Source of the DNA: Candidatus Brocadia sp.
GTDB lineage: Bacteria > Planctomycetota > Brocadiia > Brocadiales > Brocadiaceae
Direction of reading: 5' to 3'
Length of the DNA: 32,000 nt
Assembly (NCBI GenBank): GCA_021650915.1
Contig: CP091279.1
Location: 690,001 to 722,000, forward strand
Under the pieces are notes generated by a model that was not told where the DNA came from, searched no databases, and worked only from the letters and a program-made list of their open reading frames with translations. Positions 9,415 through 19,050 of this stretch are shown here, piece by piece (the first letter of the stretch is position 1; the number at the start of each line of letters is the position of its first letter). Both the position numbers and the translations under genes were made by a program.

Positions 9415-11139
9415 ATGAAATTGCTAAGTTATATCATGTTCTTCTGCGCCATCATGATAAACAGCGGTGGATGGCCGTTCCTGACGAGCAGGGCATGTGG
9501 TGATGCAATATCAAAAAACGATGAAGATGTTCTGTTGGCAAGTGCTGCGGAGGAACAAGAAGAAACCGTAGCTGGTGCAAATGAAATCCGTATTAGAAAG
9601 GATGAATTTGATGAGATCGTTGGCCAACTTCAGGGCATGAAAGCCTTTCTTGAAAATATGAAACAGGATTATGACATTCGCTTTAAAGAGATGCAGGAAA
9701 AGATCGCCACCCTTGAGAAGGAAAAAACAGCGCTCGCAAAGGAAGTTACCCAAACGGCAAAGAGGGAATCCCCATCAGGAGTCATCATAAAGACGCCAGA
9801 AACAGAGGTAAAGGAAGAAGGTTATGTTAAGAAAGAGGATTATGATGCTGTTGCGGGGAAGCTTCAGGAAATGGAGTCTGCCTTTGAGCATATGGAATCA
9901 AAATATAACGGCCAGCTACAGGAAATACAAAAGACCTATGATTCCCGTCTTGACGAGATGCAGCAAAAGGTTGCTGTTTCTCCTCAACCCGCAAGTCCTG
10001 AAGCCGGAACGTGGTCGCCTGAACAACCCATTACCTTGTGGAGCATGGGAAAAAGCTATATGAATATTTCATTTGATGGGTTGTTTGCCGCAGCAGGCTC
10101 CACGGCAGAAGACCTGGAAACCCTTGAGACCGGTGGGCACGATCCCAATCAGCGCGGATTCACCGTACAAAATCTGGAAACCACGTTTGAAGGGGCAGTG
10201 GACCCTTATTTTAAGGGACAGGCGAATATTGTTTATCAGATCGATAACGATGGTGAATCGTTTCTCGAGGTAGAAGAGGCCTTTTTAACCTCCATGTCTC
10301 TGCCGTTGAATTTGCAGGTAAAGGCAGGCACCTTCTTTACCGAATTTGGGAGACTGAATCAATTCCATCCGCATGGATGGGACTTTGCAGACCAGCCGTT
10401 GGTCAATGGCCGGTTTTTTGGTCCGGATGGGCTGAGAAATCCGGGGGCGCGGTTATCATGGCTGGCGCCAACTGATAACTATACGGAATTGTTTATTACG
10501 GTACAGGACAGCCAGGGAGACACCGCGTATAGTTTTAGAAATGAAGATACCCTGTTTGGACGTGAGGCAGTTGAAACACGAGTGCGCGGCATGGAAGATA
10601 TGCTGTACACACCGCGCGCTACCACTTCTTTTGATGTAACGGATGAAACGACGGTTTTATTCGGTGCTTCGGCTGCTTTTGGCCCAAATTCTACCGGAAG
10701 GGATAAGGATACGATGGTGTATGGTCTTGATATGTTCTGGAAGTGGAAGTCCAGGTATGCAAGCGGTGGTTTCCCCTTTGTAACCTGGCAGACGGAGGTC
10801 ATGGGCAGGCGTTTCGAGGCGGGTGAGGATATCAATGCAGGTTTGCCTGACGAGATCATGGATAACTGGGGGGCCTACTCACAGATTGCCTGGGGATTTA
10901 AGAAGCGATGGGTGACCGGGCTTCGTGGCGATTATGTCGACGGAGAGGAAGGTGCGACAGACCCCTTAGGATACGAACGTTGGCGGCTTTCCCCCAATCT
11001 TACCTTTTATGCATCAGAGTTCTCGAAGATACGGCTGCAGTATAATTACGATGATATCCTGGGAAACGACAGCACAGAGCACTCAGTATTTCTTCAGTTT
11101 GAATTTTTGCTGGGTTCACATGGAGCGCATAAATTTTAA
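9415..11139 (+). CDS. Outer-membrane beta-barrel-like protein with a duplicated N-terminal coiled-coil
   Basis: AAGGAGG SD upstream of the ATG and an N-terminal signal-like segment. Two similar coiled-coil units are present (KDEFDEIVGQLQGMKAFLENMKQDYDIRFKEMQEKIA and KEDYDAVAGKLQEMESAFEHMESKYNGQLQEIQKTYDSRLDEMQQKVA). The C-terminal ~370 aa have alternating beta-strand-like patterns ending in a terminal Phe (GAHKF), typical of OM barrels. Confidence 0.7.
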   Translation: MKLLSYIMFFCAIMINSGGWPFLTSRACGDAISKNDEDVLLASAAEEQEETVAGANEIRIRKDEFDEIVGQLQGMKAFLENMKQDYDIRFKEMQEKIATLEKEKTALAKEVTQTAKRESPSGVIIKTPETEVKEEGYVKKEDYDAVAGKLQEMESAFEHMESKYNGQLQEIQKTYDSRLDEMQQKVAVSPQPASPEAGTWSPEQPITLWSMGKSYMNISFDGLFAAAGSTAEDLETLETGGHDPNQRGFTVQNLETTFEGAVDPYFKGQANIVYQIDNDGESFLEVEEAFLTSMSLPLNLQVKAGTFFTEFGRLNQFHPHGWDFADQPLVNGRFFGPDGLRNPGARLSWLAPTDNYTELFITVQDSQGDTAYSFRNEDTLFGREAVETRVRGMEDMLYTPRATTSFDVTDETTVLFGASAAFGPNSTGRDKDTMVYGLDMFWKWKSRYASGGFPFVTWQTEVMGRRFEAGEDINAGLPDEIMDNWGAYSQIAWGFKKRWVTGLRGDYVDGEEGATDPLGYERWRLSPNLTFYASEFSKIRLQYNYDDILGNDSTEHSVFLQFEFLLGSHGAHKF

Positions 11140-11339
11140 AAACGGTTAACCATAAAAGATGCCGGGAAAGATTACGGTCAAAAACAGAAGGTTGTTTTTA
11201 TGATTGACACGCATTGTATTCGGCGCAAAGTACGGCATGCTGCATCAGGTTATTTTGACGCAAATACTTTAAACAGGACGGCAAAAATCCTGTCCGATGA
11301 TATAACCGAATGAAACCGATACGAAATTAGGAGGATACC

Positions 11340-12257
11340 ATGAAGATGCGATATCATATTTTATTTAACCTGTTATTGGTAATAATCTGGACGTCTGCCG
11401 CCCATGCGAAACTCAAAATTGTTGCAACGACGTCCGATCTGGGTGCCATCGCCAGGGAAATTGGTAAGGACAAAGTGGAAGTAACCAGCATTGCAAAACC
11501 CACGGAAGATCCCCACTTTGTAGATGCAAAACCTGGCTTTATTGTTAAGTTGAATAAGGCAGACATGCTTATTGACGGTGGGTTGCATCTGGAAATTGGA
11601 TGGTTGCCTCCATTAGTTACAGGAGCAAGAAATCAACGAATACTTCCCGGTAATCCCGGGTATTGCGTCGCCTCAGCGGGAATCTCTGTCTTAGATGCGC
11701 CTGTCGCACTAGACCGTTCCATGGGCGACGTTCATCCCCTTGGTAATCCGCATTTCATGCTTGACCCATCAAATGGAAAGATTGTTGCAACTCATATCTG
11801 TGATCGATTATGTCAAATTGATGACACAAACTGTGGGTACTACAAAAGCAACTTAAACGATTTTGTAAAGAGACTGGATGCGAAATTACCTGAATGGCAA
11901 AAAATGTTGGAACCGTTTCAGGGTACGAAGATTGTCACGTATCATAAAACATTCCCTTACTTTGCAAAACGGTTTCGGCTGGATGTGGTGGGTACCCTTG
12001 AGCCAAAACCAGGGATTCCGCCGTCTCCGACCCACATTAGTCACCTTATTCCCTTGATAAAGGATGAAGGAGTAAAACTGATTATGATTGAGCAGTTCCG
12101 GGAACGCAAGATACCAGAATTTGTCGCAAATCAAACCGGCGCCAAGGTTGTTGTCGTGCCAATTATGGTAGGCGGATTGAAAGAAACAGATGACTATTTG
12201 ACCCTTTTTGATTATACTATTAAGGAAATCGCATCTGCCCTGAAAACAAAACCCTAG
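11340..12257 (+). CDS. Metal (Zn/Mn-type) ABC transporter substrate-binding protein, TroA/ZnuA family
   Basis: Signal peptide ending AAHA. Contains KIVATTSDLGAIAREIG, EDPHFV and HPLGNPHFMLDP His-ligand motifs typical of cluster-9 metal SBPs. AGGAGG SD precedes the ATG. Confidence 0.85.
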   Translation: MKMRYHILFNLLLVIIWTSAAHAKLKIVATTSDLGAIAREIGKDKVEVTSIAKPTEDPHFVDAKPGFIVKLNKADMLIDGGLHLEIGWLPPLVTGARNQRILPGNPGYCVASAGISVLDAPVALDRSMGDVHPLGNPHFMLDPSNGKIVATHICDRLCQIDDTNCGYYKSNLNDFVKRLDAKLPEWQKMLEPFQGTKIVTYHKTFPYFAKRFRLDVVGTLEPKPGIPPSPTHISHLIPLIKDEGVKLIMIEQFRERKIPEFVANQTGAKVVVVPIMVGGLKETDDYLTLFDYTIKEIASALKTKP

Positions 12258-12332
12258 ATCAAACAGAACCTCTCTGGCTACTGTTCAACACGGATTTACC
12301 GTAGGGTGCATGATGGGAACAATAGATAAACT

Positions 12333-13067
12333 ATGCAAAGACAATCAATGAATAGAGACCATTGTATCGCCTTACAGGACGTTTCTGTTGGTTATCGCGG
12401 GCATCCTATTCTTATGGATATTAATTTTTCCTTAAAGGCAGGGGAATTTACCGTCATGTTTGGACCAAACGGCTGCGGTAAAACCACCTTGTTTAAAACC
12501 GTTCTCCAAATTATCCCGCCGATTCACGGTACGATTACCTACGGCGATACCCATTATCCCAGGTTTGGTTATGTGCCTCAACGCCAGATATTGGATGAAA
12601 TATATCCATTTACTGCAGAAGAGGTGGTTCTCATGGGCACCTTTGGGCAGGTAAAACCGTTTTGTCCCACGACAAAAACAGGCCGCGCCTGGGTAGCGCA
12701 GTGCCTGGAAGATGTTGGCATGCTGGATCTGAGAAAACGCCTGTTTTCGGAATTGTCCGGCGGGCAGAAACAGCGTATCCTGATAGCGCGGGCGCTGGCG
12801 ACAAAACCGGATATTCTCCTGCTGGATGAACCGATCACCGGAGTCGATATTATTGCGCAGAGAAAGATCATGGAGCTTATTATTTTGTTGCATAAAAAGC
12901 ATGAATTGACGATTGTCATGGTTACTCATGAAATTCATAGCATTCCCAAATGGATCGATAATTTAATTTGGATTAATGACAGCAAGGTGCTGATTGGTAA
13001 TTCCCTGGAGCTTCTTGCGCCTTTGTTAGCTGAAGAAACTTCATTCCAGGGGACTTTATGGCACTGA
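12333..13067 (+). CDS. Metal ABC transporter ATP-binding protein (ZnuC-like)
   Basis: Walker A GPNGCGKTT, ABC signature LSGGQKQR and Walker B ILLLDEP. Confidence 0.85.
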   Translation: MQRQSMNRDHCIALQDVSVGYRGHPILMDINFSLKAGEFTVMFGPNGCGKTTLFKTVLQIIPPIHGTITYGDTHYPRFGYVPQRQILDEIYPFTAEEVVLMGTFGQVKPFCPTTKTGRAWVAQCLEDVGMLDLRKRLFSELSGGQKQRILIARALATKPDILLLDEPITGVDIIAQRKIMELIILLHKKHELTIVMVTHEIHSIPKWIDNLIWINDSKVLIGNSLELLAPLLAEETSFQGTLWH

Positions 13068-13151
13068 CCGGATCATGGCAGAGACGCTTACGCTAGTGAA
13101 AAACCTAAAAAATCCCGCTGCCTCATGACGTATGTGCGATATCAATAAACT

Positions 13152-14018
13152 ATGGAACAATTCCTGGAAATACTGAGCCCGCAATTTCTTTTGAAGAACT
13201 CCCTCTATGCCGGATTAATTGTTGGATTTGTGTGTCCGCAGGTGGGGATATTTTTTGTATTACGCCGTATGGTACTTTTGGGCATTGCCTTGCCTCAGGT
13301 ATCAAACGCGGGAATTACCTTTGCTTTTTTATTGCACACGATAGGATTCCATTTTCTTCCCCACATGGAATCTGAAAAGTTTATGGCGTTAACCGGTTCT
13401 GTGACCTTTACCCTTGTCGCCATATTTATTTTGGCCGTCCTCGAACGGAGACGGAAGGGTTTTACCGAAAACCGCATTGGATTTACCTATTCAATCGCGG
13501 GAGCGGTTTCCATATTGTTTGTTTCGTGGAATCCTTATGGGCAAACGGAGGTGCTTTCCTTGCTCAAAGGAGAGATCGTTTCCATCCCGGATATTTATCT
13601 ATGGCTGATGCTTGCCATTTATGGCGCCGTTTTTCTTTGTCTCGTCGGGTTTCACCGCAGCTTTATCGTGGTGTCCTACGACTCAGATATGGCTACCACG
13701 ATTGGCAAAAAGGTAATCATCTGGGATGTTCTGCTCTATCTTATTATTGGAGTCGTTATTTCGTTTGGGGTAATGACCGTCGGTCCGCTGGTCATCTTTG
13801 GTTTTTTGCTGATACCGGCAATCACCGCCAGAATGATCACGCGCGGAATATTTCTCTTTTGCGTCGTCTCCTCAATCATTGGCGTTGTTGCCGCCTTTTT
13901 TGGCTTTTATCTTTCATATCGTTTTGACCTTCCCACCGGTCCCACTGACGTTGTTGTGCTCAGTGCAATTCTCTTGTTATCATTCCTTGGAAAAATGGTT
14001 TTCTCATGGAAAAGATAA
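13152..14018 (+). CDS. Metal ABC transporter permease (ABC-3/ZnuB-like)
   Basis: 288-aa polytopic membrane protein immediately after the ATPase gene. Length and hydrophobic pattern fit ABC-3 permeases. Confidence 0.8.
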   Translation: MEQFLEILSPQFLLKNSLYAGLIVGFVCPQVGIFFVLRRMVLLGIALPQVSNAGITFAFLLHTIGFHFLPHMESEKFMALTGSVTFTLVAIFILAVLERRRKGFTENRIGFTYSIAGAVSILFVSWNPYGQTEVLSLLKGEIVSIPDIYLWLMLAIYGAVFLCLVGFHRSFIVVSYDSDMATTIGKKVIIWDVLLYLIIGVVISFGVMTVGPLVIFGFLLIPAITARMITRGIFLFCVVSSIIGVVAAFFGFYLSYRFDLPTGPTDVVVLSAILLLSFLGKMVFSWKR

Positions 14019-14056
14019 CATGAATCAATCTCCTGACAAGGGATAAAATAAATTTT

Positions 14057-14108
14057 TGGTCGAGCAGGCGGCAGGATTACTCCTGCCGCCTGCTCAACCA
14101 ATTTTTTT
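14057..14108 (+). terminator. Rho-independent terminator of the metal-transporter operon
   Basis: Perfect 15-bp GC-rich stem GAGCAGGCGGCAGGA (14062-14076) pairs with TCCTGCCGCCTGCTC (14081-14095). The loop is TTAC, and a T7 run follows at 14102-14108. Confidence 0.85.
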
Positions 14109-14191
14109 AAAGCCGGAGGGAGAAATATCTGTTACACTTTATCCTCATAGGATAGAGGTTAATTTCTGGTTAAATTTTAGGAGAAAGTGTA

Positions 14192-15166
14192 GTGACTACG
14201 AAAAAATTAGCGGGTACAATAATCGGCAGCTTTGCTATGATGACGGTATTGTTTCAAGCCTGTTGTTCGGCAAAGGAAGGAGCAGTTACAACAGAAGGTA
14301 AGGGGAAAACGCAAGCTGAGACCCGATTAGGCCGGGTTGATGTCCCTGATGAGCTCTATAAACAAGGTTTGCATTATGCACAGTACGGTCTTTTTGACGA
14401 AGCGATTGAGATGTATCAAAAAGCGCTTGCCAAGAATCCCCGTTACCCGGATGTTTACAATAAACTTGGCATTGCATACACACAAAAGGGGCTGTTTGAC
14501 AAGGCCATTGAGGCGTTTCAGAAGGCGATCGAACAAAAACCCAGCGACGTTGAAGCTTATTACAATCTCGGTTCAGCGTATTTTGACCGTGGGAGCTTTG
14601 ATAACGCTATTACGGCATTTCAAAAAACCATTCAGCTAAATCCCGAATATCGCTCTGCCTATTCTCTCCTGGGGATTGCTTATACCAAAGTCGGTAAGTA
14701 CGATGAAGCAATTCAGATGTTGAAGAAGCGGATCGATTTCGATCCAGGTCTTGCTATAGCTCATTCGAACTTAGGCATTGTGTTCTCAATGAAAGGCATG
14801 GATCAGGAAGCCCTGGCGGAATATAATAAGGCGCTGGAAATTGACCCGGGACATGAAACGGCGCTCTACAATATTGGTTTGTTATACGATAAGGCGGGAA
14901 ATACCGACAAGGCTATTCACTATTACAACAGAACGGTTGAACTTAATGTTAGTAACGCAGATGCCCAGTGCCGTCTTGGTAAGAATTATATGAAGAACAA
15001 ACAATACGATGAGGCAATCGATGCCTTCCAGACGGCGGCAATGGCGAACCCGGATAATGTTGAAATTTACAATGATCTGGGAAATGCTCATAAAGCAAAG
15101 GGCATGGAAAAAGAGGCTGAGGGATATTTTTCTTTGTATAAAAAAAAGTCAAAAAAGATGAAATAG
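14192..15166 (+). CDS. TPR-repeat lipoprotein
   Basis: GTG start after a GGAGAAAG SD. Signal/lipobox-like N-terminus (AMMTVLFQACCS). About eight tandem 34-aa TPR units are visible (e.g. YNKLGIAYTQKGLFDKAIEAFQKAIEQKPSDVEA). Confidence 0.85.
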   Translation: MTTKKLAGTIIGSFAMMTVLFQACCSAKEGAVTTEGKGKTQAETRLGRVDVPDELYKQGLHYAQYGLFDEAIEMYQKALAKNPRYPDVYNKLGIAYTQKGLFDKAIEAFQKAIEQKPSDVEAYYNLGSAYFDRGSFDNAITAFQKTIQLNPEYRSAYSLLGIAYTKVGKYDEAIQMLKKRIDFDPGLAIAHSNLGIVFSMKGMDQEALAEYNKALEIDPGHETALYNIGLLYDKAGNTDKAIHYYNRTVELNVSNADAQCRLGKNYMKNKQYDEAIDAFQTAAMANPDNVEIYNDLGNAHKAKGMEKEAEGYFSLYKKKSKKMK

Positions 15167-15174
15167 AAAGGGCA

Positions 15175-15492
15175 TCAAAACATCTCTGCTAATTTCTTTG
15201 AAATTACGGAAAGATTTTTGTCCTTCGTTAAGAATTCTATCTCATTTGGATGCACCTTGAGATCGGCAAGCATTTTTTGTATCTTTTTCCATCCAGACTC
15301 TCTTTTTTTCCCGTTGGTTTCCAGATACATATCTGAGACTAACTCTCCCAGTTTTTGGATAAGGCGGAGGTCTTTGTTTTCATAAAAATTCCTGATAACC
15401 TTTTTCTGGTATTCGGTGTATCCCTTTTCACTATACTGATCCATTGGCTTTTTCCTCTCTATCGTTTCCCGGATTTGATTTCTCTTGTTCAC
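15175..15492 (-). CDS. Hypothetical small protein
   Basis: 105-aa ORF, or 89 aa from the internal ATG at 15444 (MDQYSEKGY...). Charged and helical. No motif recognised. Confidence 0.45.
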   Translation of the reverse strand: MNKRNQIRETIERKKPMDQYSEKGYTEYQKKVIRNFYENKDLRLIQKLGELVSDMYLETNGKKRESGWKKIQKMLADLKVHPNEIEFLTKDKNLSVISKKLAEMF

Positions 15493-15530
15493 ACAAGTTT
15501 AAACAATCATGCAATAACAACGTTTCCCAT

Positions 15531-15592
15531 GTAGAGCGACGAGCCTCGTCGCTCTACAACTCTACAACCGCAACTTTGAAATTCCTGTACAT
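15531..15592. repeat. Palindromic repeat element, copy 1 (27-nt perfect palindrome plus conserved tail)
   Basis: GTAGAGCGACGAGCCTCGTCGCTCTAC at 15531-15557 forms 13-bp arms around a central C. The tail AAC(TCTACAAC)CGCAACTTTGAAATTCCTGTACAT is shared with copy 3. It lies 19-80 nt downstream of the gcvPB stop. Confidence 0.9.
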
Positions 15593-15610
15593 CGGGTTAC
15601 CAGGAAGCTT

Positions 15611-17119
15611 TTATCCGTTTTTCCATTTCAATACCGGTTCCCGCGCCGCCTTTACCTCATCGGGACGGCCAACAGGGGTGTTTTTCGGCGTGTCTCGCAC
15701 CACACCGGGCCTTTGTTCTATGTCTCTGGCTATCTGGATCATGACGTCAGCAAAGGCATCCAATGTATCCGGTGATTCCGTCTCAGTAGGCTCGATCATT
15801 AATGCCTCTTCGACGATGAGGGGGAAATAAATCGTGGGGGAGTGGAAACCGCAATCGAGAAGTCTCTTTGCAATATCGAGCGCAGAAGCGCCTTGCTGTC
15901 TCTGTTTTTTCGCGGAAATGACAAATTCATGCATACAGGTTTTTCCATAGGGGATGTCATAATATTTGATAAGCTTATGACGCAGGTAGTTGGCATTGAG
16001 AATGGAAAATTCGCCCACCTTACCAACACCTTCTTTACCCAGGGACAAGAGATAGGTATATGTCCTGATCATCATACCGATATGACCATAAAACGCCCTC
16101 ACCCTTCCAATGGAATCAGGATACTGGTAATTTAAGACATAGGTTGTCGGTATGGATCCGGTCGCAGAAGTATCTTTTCCCCTGTCCACAATTGTTGATT
16201 CCTTTCCTGACTCAATCCGGGGGACAGGTAAAAAAGGTTTCAATTTTTCCGTGACGCCAATAGGGCCTGCGCCTGGCCCGCCACCACCATGGGGTGTGGA
16301 AAAGGTCTTGTGTAAATTCAGATGCAGGATATCAATACCCATATCCCCAGGCCGGGCAATGCCCAAAAGGGCATTCATATTGGCGCCGTCACAATAAACC
16401 AACCCTCCGGCATTATGAGCGATTTTACATATCTCCAGAATCTCTTTTTCAAACAGTCCGAGGGTATTGGGATTGGTGATCATGACGGCTGCTGTATCCC
16501 GGTTAAAGGCATTCTTGAGTTTATTTACATCGATGAGACCGTCGGTATTTGATCGAATGGATTCGACCTCGTAACCACAAAGCGCGGCTGATGCTGGATT
16601 TGTGCCATGGGCGGAATCGGGGATAATGATCTTATGTCTCTTTTCCCCCTGTTTCTCCAGGTATGCCCTGATGATCAGCATACCGGTTAATTCGCCGTGG
16701 GCGCCCGCAGCAGGTTGTAAGGTAAAGGCATCCATCCCGGTAATAGTTATCAGCATTTGTTCCAGGGCGTAAAGGAGTTCCAGGATTCCCTGGCATTGTT
16801 CGGTGGGCTGATAGGGGTGTAATTTCGTGAATCCCTCCAGGCGTGCGGCATCTTCATTGATTTTGGGATTGTATTTCATCGTGCATGAACCGAGGGGATA
16901 AAAATTGGTGTCAACGCAGAAATTTTTCTGCGAGAGTCTGGTAAAATGCCGGACAACGTCAATCTCTGAAACTTCCGGTAGGTTTACCTCCTGCTTCCGC
17001 AGCATCTTTTGGGGAAGCTGGTTCGTTATTGGTATTTCCGGCACGTCAGAGACGGGAGGGATAAAGCAGCGTCTGCCGGGAGACGATTTTTCAAAGATGA
17101 GCGGTTCACTCTGGTCCAT
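15611..17119 (-). CDS. gcvPB: Glycine dehydrogenase (decarboxylating) subunit 2
   Basis: 502 aa. The PLP-lysine motif LNLHKTFSTPHGGGGPGAGP and overall GcvPB-like blocks (GAHGELTG, DGANMNALLG) are present. Confidence 0.9.
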   Translation of the reverse strand: MDQSEPLIFEKSSPGRRCFIPPVSDVPEIPITNQLPQKMLRKQEVNLPEVSEIDVVRHFTRLSQKNFCVDTNFYPLGSCTMKYNPKINEDAARLEGFTKLHPYQPTEQCQGILELLYALEQMLITITGMDAFTLQPAAGAHGELTGMLIIRAYLEKQGEKRHKIIIPDSAHGTNPASAALCGYEVESIRSNTDGLIDVNKLKNAFNRDTAAVMITNPNTLGLFEKEILEICKIAHNAGGLVYCDGANMNALLGIARPGDMGIDILHLNLHKTFSTPHGGGGPGAGPIGVTEKLKPFLPVPRIESGKESTIVDRGKDTSATGSIPTTYVLNYQYPDSIGRVRAFYGHIGMMIRTYTYLLSLGKEGVGKVGEFSILNANYLRHKLIKYYDIPYGKTCMHEFVISAKKQRQQGASALDIAKRLLDCGFHSPTIYFPLIVEEALMIEPTETESPDTLDAFADVMIQIARDIEQRPGVVRDTPKNTPVGRPDEVKAAREPVLKWKNG

Positions 17120-17169
17120 GATTTTATTCCTTTCAATTTTGCTGAAACAAACGACATCGTTGCCGTTTC

Positions 17170-18945
17170 TTATGGCGCCTCAACCCGGTTTCGTCCTCTT
17201 TTTTTAGCTTTATACAGGGCAAGATCAGCAGCCTCTATGAGGGTTTCGTATTCAGCGCCATGATCCGGGAATGCGGCTACTCCGATGCTTATGGTTATTT
17301 TGATGGGCGACGCATGGGAGTTCATTTTAAATTGAAACGATTCGATGTGCTGGCGGATACCTTCTGCCTTTTTGAGGGTATTCGTGATATCGCTTGAAGG
17401 CATGATTATAACAAATTCCTCGCCGCCGTATCGCGCCAGAACGTCTGACGACCGTATGGAATTTTTCATAATGGAAGCTATCTGTTGCAATGCCTGGTCG
17501 CCTACGACGTGCCCGTACGTGTCATTGATGTTTTTAAAGTGATCCAGATCAGCAATGACAAGGCCAAGTGATTCGTTCCGCCGCTTTGCCAGCGCGATTT
17601 GCTTTTTCAGCATTTCGTCAAAAAATCTCCGGTTATACGCCCCGGTAAGTGAATCCGTTATTGCAGCTCGTCTGGTCAGGTCGATAAGTCTGACCCGCTG
17701 GAGTGCGGATGCCGTCAACCCCACATAGACAAGGAGCAGTTTGCGTATCTCTTCGTTATACCAGTAACCGGTGTCTTTTTTTCCGATAATGACCATTCCG
17801 GAAATGGCGCCACCCGTTATCAGAGGGAGGCATGCATATCCGCCTCCTTCCATTTTATGGATAATGCAGTTGCAGGGGACGTCTTTTGCGCTATTGTCCA
17901 CAACAATTTCACGGCCAGTCCTTATTACCTGGCACAATGGTGGGTCTGCAAGTACGTCAGCCCTGATAAGTTTATGAAGAGGCATGGGCGGACTGATGAG
18001 GGTTGCATCGAATGCCTTTTTTACCTTATCGACAGTTAACACTGCCAGCAGTTCCGGCTGAAAGTGTTCATGCAGGGCAGTTGCCATATGGTGAATCAAT
18101 TTATCCTCCCGCACCTCTTCATTCATGAGGGTAGAAAAATACATAAGATATCCCAGGTCTTTGATATTGGCATCGCGCTGCGACACGGCTTTTTTTAGTT
18201 CCGCCTCGATTCGCTTCCGCTCGGTGATATCGAGCGCCACACAGACAATTCCCTGAACGTCCCCCATATTCCCCCGGATTGGAGTGCCCGAAAAGAGCAC
18301 GGGTATTTTTCTGCCATCTTTTGAAACGTAGGTTTTTTCTGTTTTATGGATAAGGTTTTTTACGATTAAATCGAACCACGGTGGCGGAGCATCGCCTTCT
18401 TCTGAAAAGAGTATTTCCATGGGCTTACCAATAAGTTCATGCTCGTTGTACCCCAGGAGTTCACAGGCGGATCTGTTAACCATCTGGATAGTAAATTCAG
18501 GAGACGTGACCACAAGCGCATCATCCATGTTTTGGGTAATGATGTTTGAGTAGTCTTTTAAAGGAATCGTCCCCTGCAACTCTGCGATCATGGTGTTGGA
18601 GGCATGGTCAATCTTTCCTGCATCGCCGCATGAGGGGATCTCAATACGGTGAAAACGGTCTCCTTGTACTGCCTTTTCAACCGTTGATAGTATTTTCTGC
18701 AGGGGTGAAGTTAATCGGCGCAGGAGGAACCACCCGATAATCATCGCAGGGATGGTGAATGCCGGCAGAGAGAGAAGGGTGTTGCGGGTAAAAGAGGGCG
18801 TCGCCTGATGAAAATAGATTGTGAGGCCGGCAAGAATTCCTGCGGGTAAAATCGTGAGCAGAGAGACGAGCAAAACAAGTTTTATCCTGATGCCTCTCCC
18901 CTGAAATATTTTTGTACTCTTCACTTGGTAACGCCTTTCGTGCAA
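17170..18945 (-). CDS. Membrane-bound diguanylate cyclase (2 TM, HAMP-like, PAS, GAF-like, GGDEF)
   Basis: C-terminal GGDEF domain has the active site RYGGEEF and an RxxD I-site (RSSD) five residues upstream. The PAS-like segment ends in ALDITERKRIEAEL. There are two N-terminal TM helices. The start is uncertain: TTG at 18945 or GTG at 18924. Confidence 0.85.
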   Translation of the reverse strand: MHERRYQVKSTKIFQGRGIRIKLVLLVSLLTILPAGILAGLTIYFHQATPSFTRNTLLSLPAFTIPAMIIGWFLLRRLTSPLQKILSTVEKAVQGDRFHRIEIPSCGDAGKIDHASNTMIAELQGTIPLKDYSNIITQNMDDALVVTSPEFTIQMVNRSACELLGYNEHELIGKPMEILFSEEGDAPPPWFDLIVKNLIHKTEKTYVSKDGRKIPVLFSGTPIRGNMGDVQGIVCVALDITERKRIEAELKKAVSQRDANIKDLGYLMYFSTLMNEEVREDKLIHHMATALHEHFQPELLAVLTVDKVKKAFDATLISPPMPLHKLIRADVLADPPLCQVIRTGREIVVDNSAKDVPCNCIIHKMEGGGYACLPLITGGAISGMVIIGKKDTGYWYNEEIRKLLLVYVGLTASALQRVRLIDLTRRAAITDSLTGAYNRRFFDEMLKKQIALAKRRNESLGLVIADLDHFKNINDTYGHVVGDQALQQIASIMKNSIRSSDVLARYGGEEFVIIMPSSDITNTLKKAEGIRQHIESFQFKMNSHASPIKITISIGVAAFPDHGAEYETLIEAADLALYKAKKRGRNRVEAP

Positions 18946-19016
18946 GCGTCAGTGGGCTCTATAGCCCGTCAATATTCCGGATGCCAGCAAAGTCAGACTT
19001 CAGCAACTTTTTCAAC

Positions 19017-19043
19017 GTAGAGCGACGAGCCTCGTCGCTCTAC
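19017..19043. repeat. Palindromic repeat element, copy 2 (palindrome only)
   Basis: The identical 27-mer GTAGAGCGACGAGCCTCGTCGCTCTAC. It lies 8 nt downstream of the gcvPA stop, in the gcvPA to diguanylate cyclase intergenic gap. Confidence 0.9.
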
Positions 19044-19050
19044 AAAGGTA

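Noticed and set aside
13907-14301. Two mirror ORFs beginning MVEQAAG (13907-14101 on the minus strand, 14056-14301 on the + strand).
   Set aside because: Both are artefacts of translating the two arms of the 15-bp terminator stem after the permease gene.
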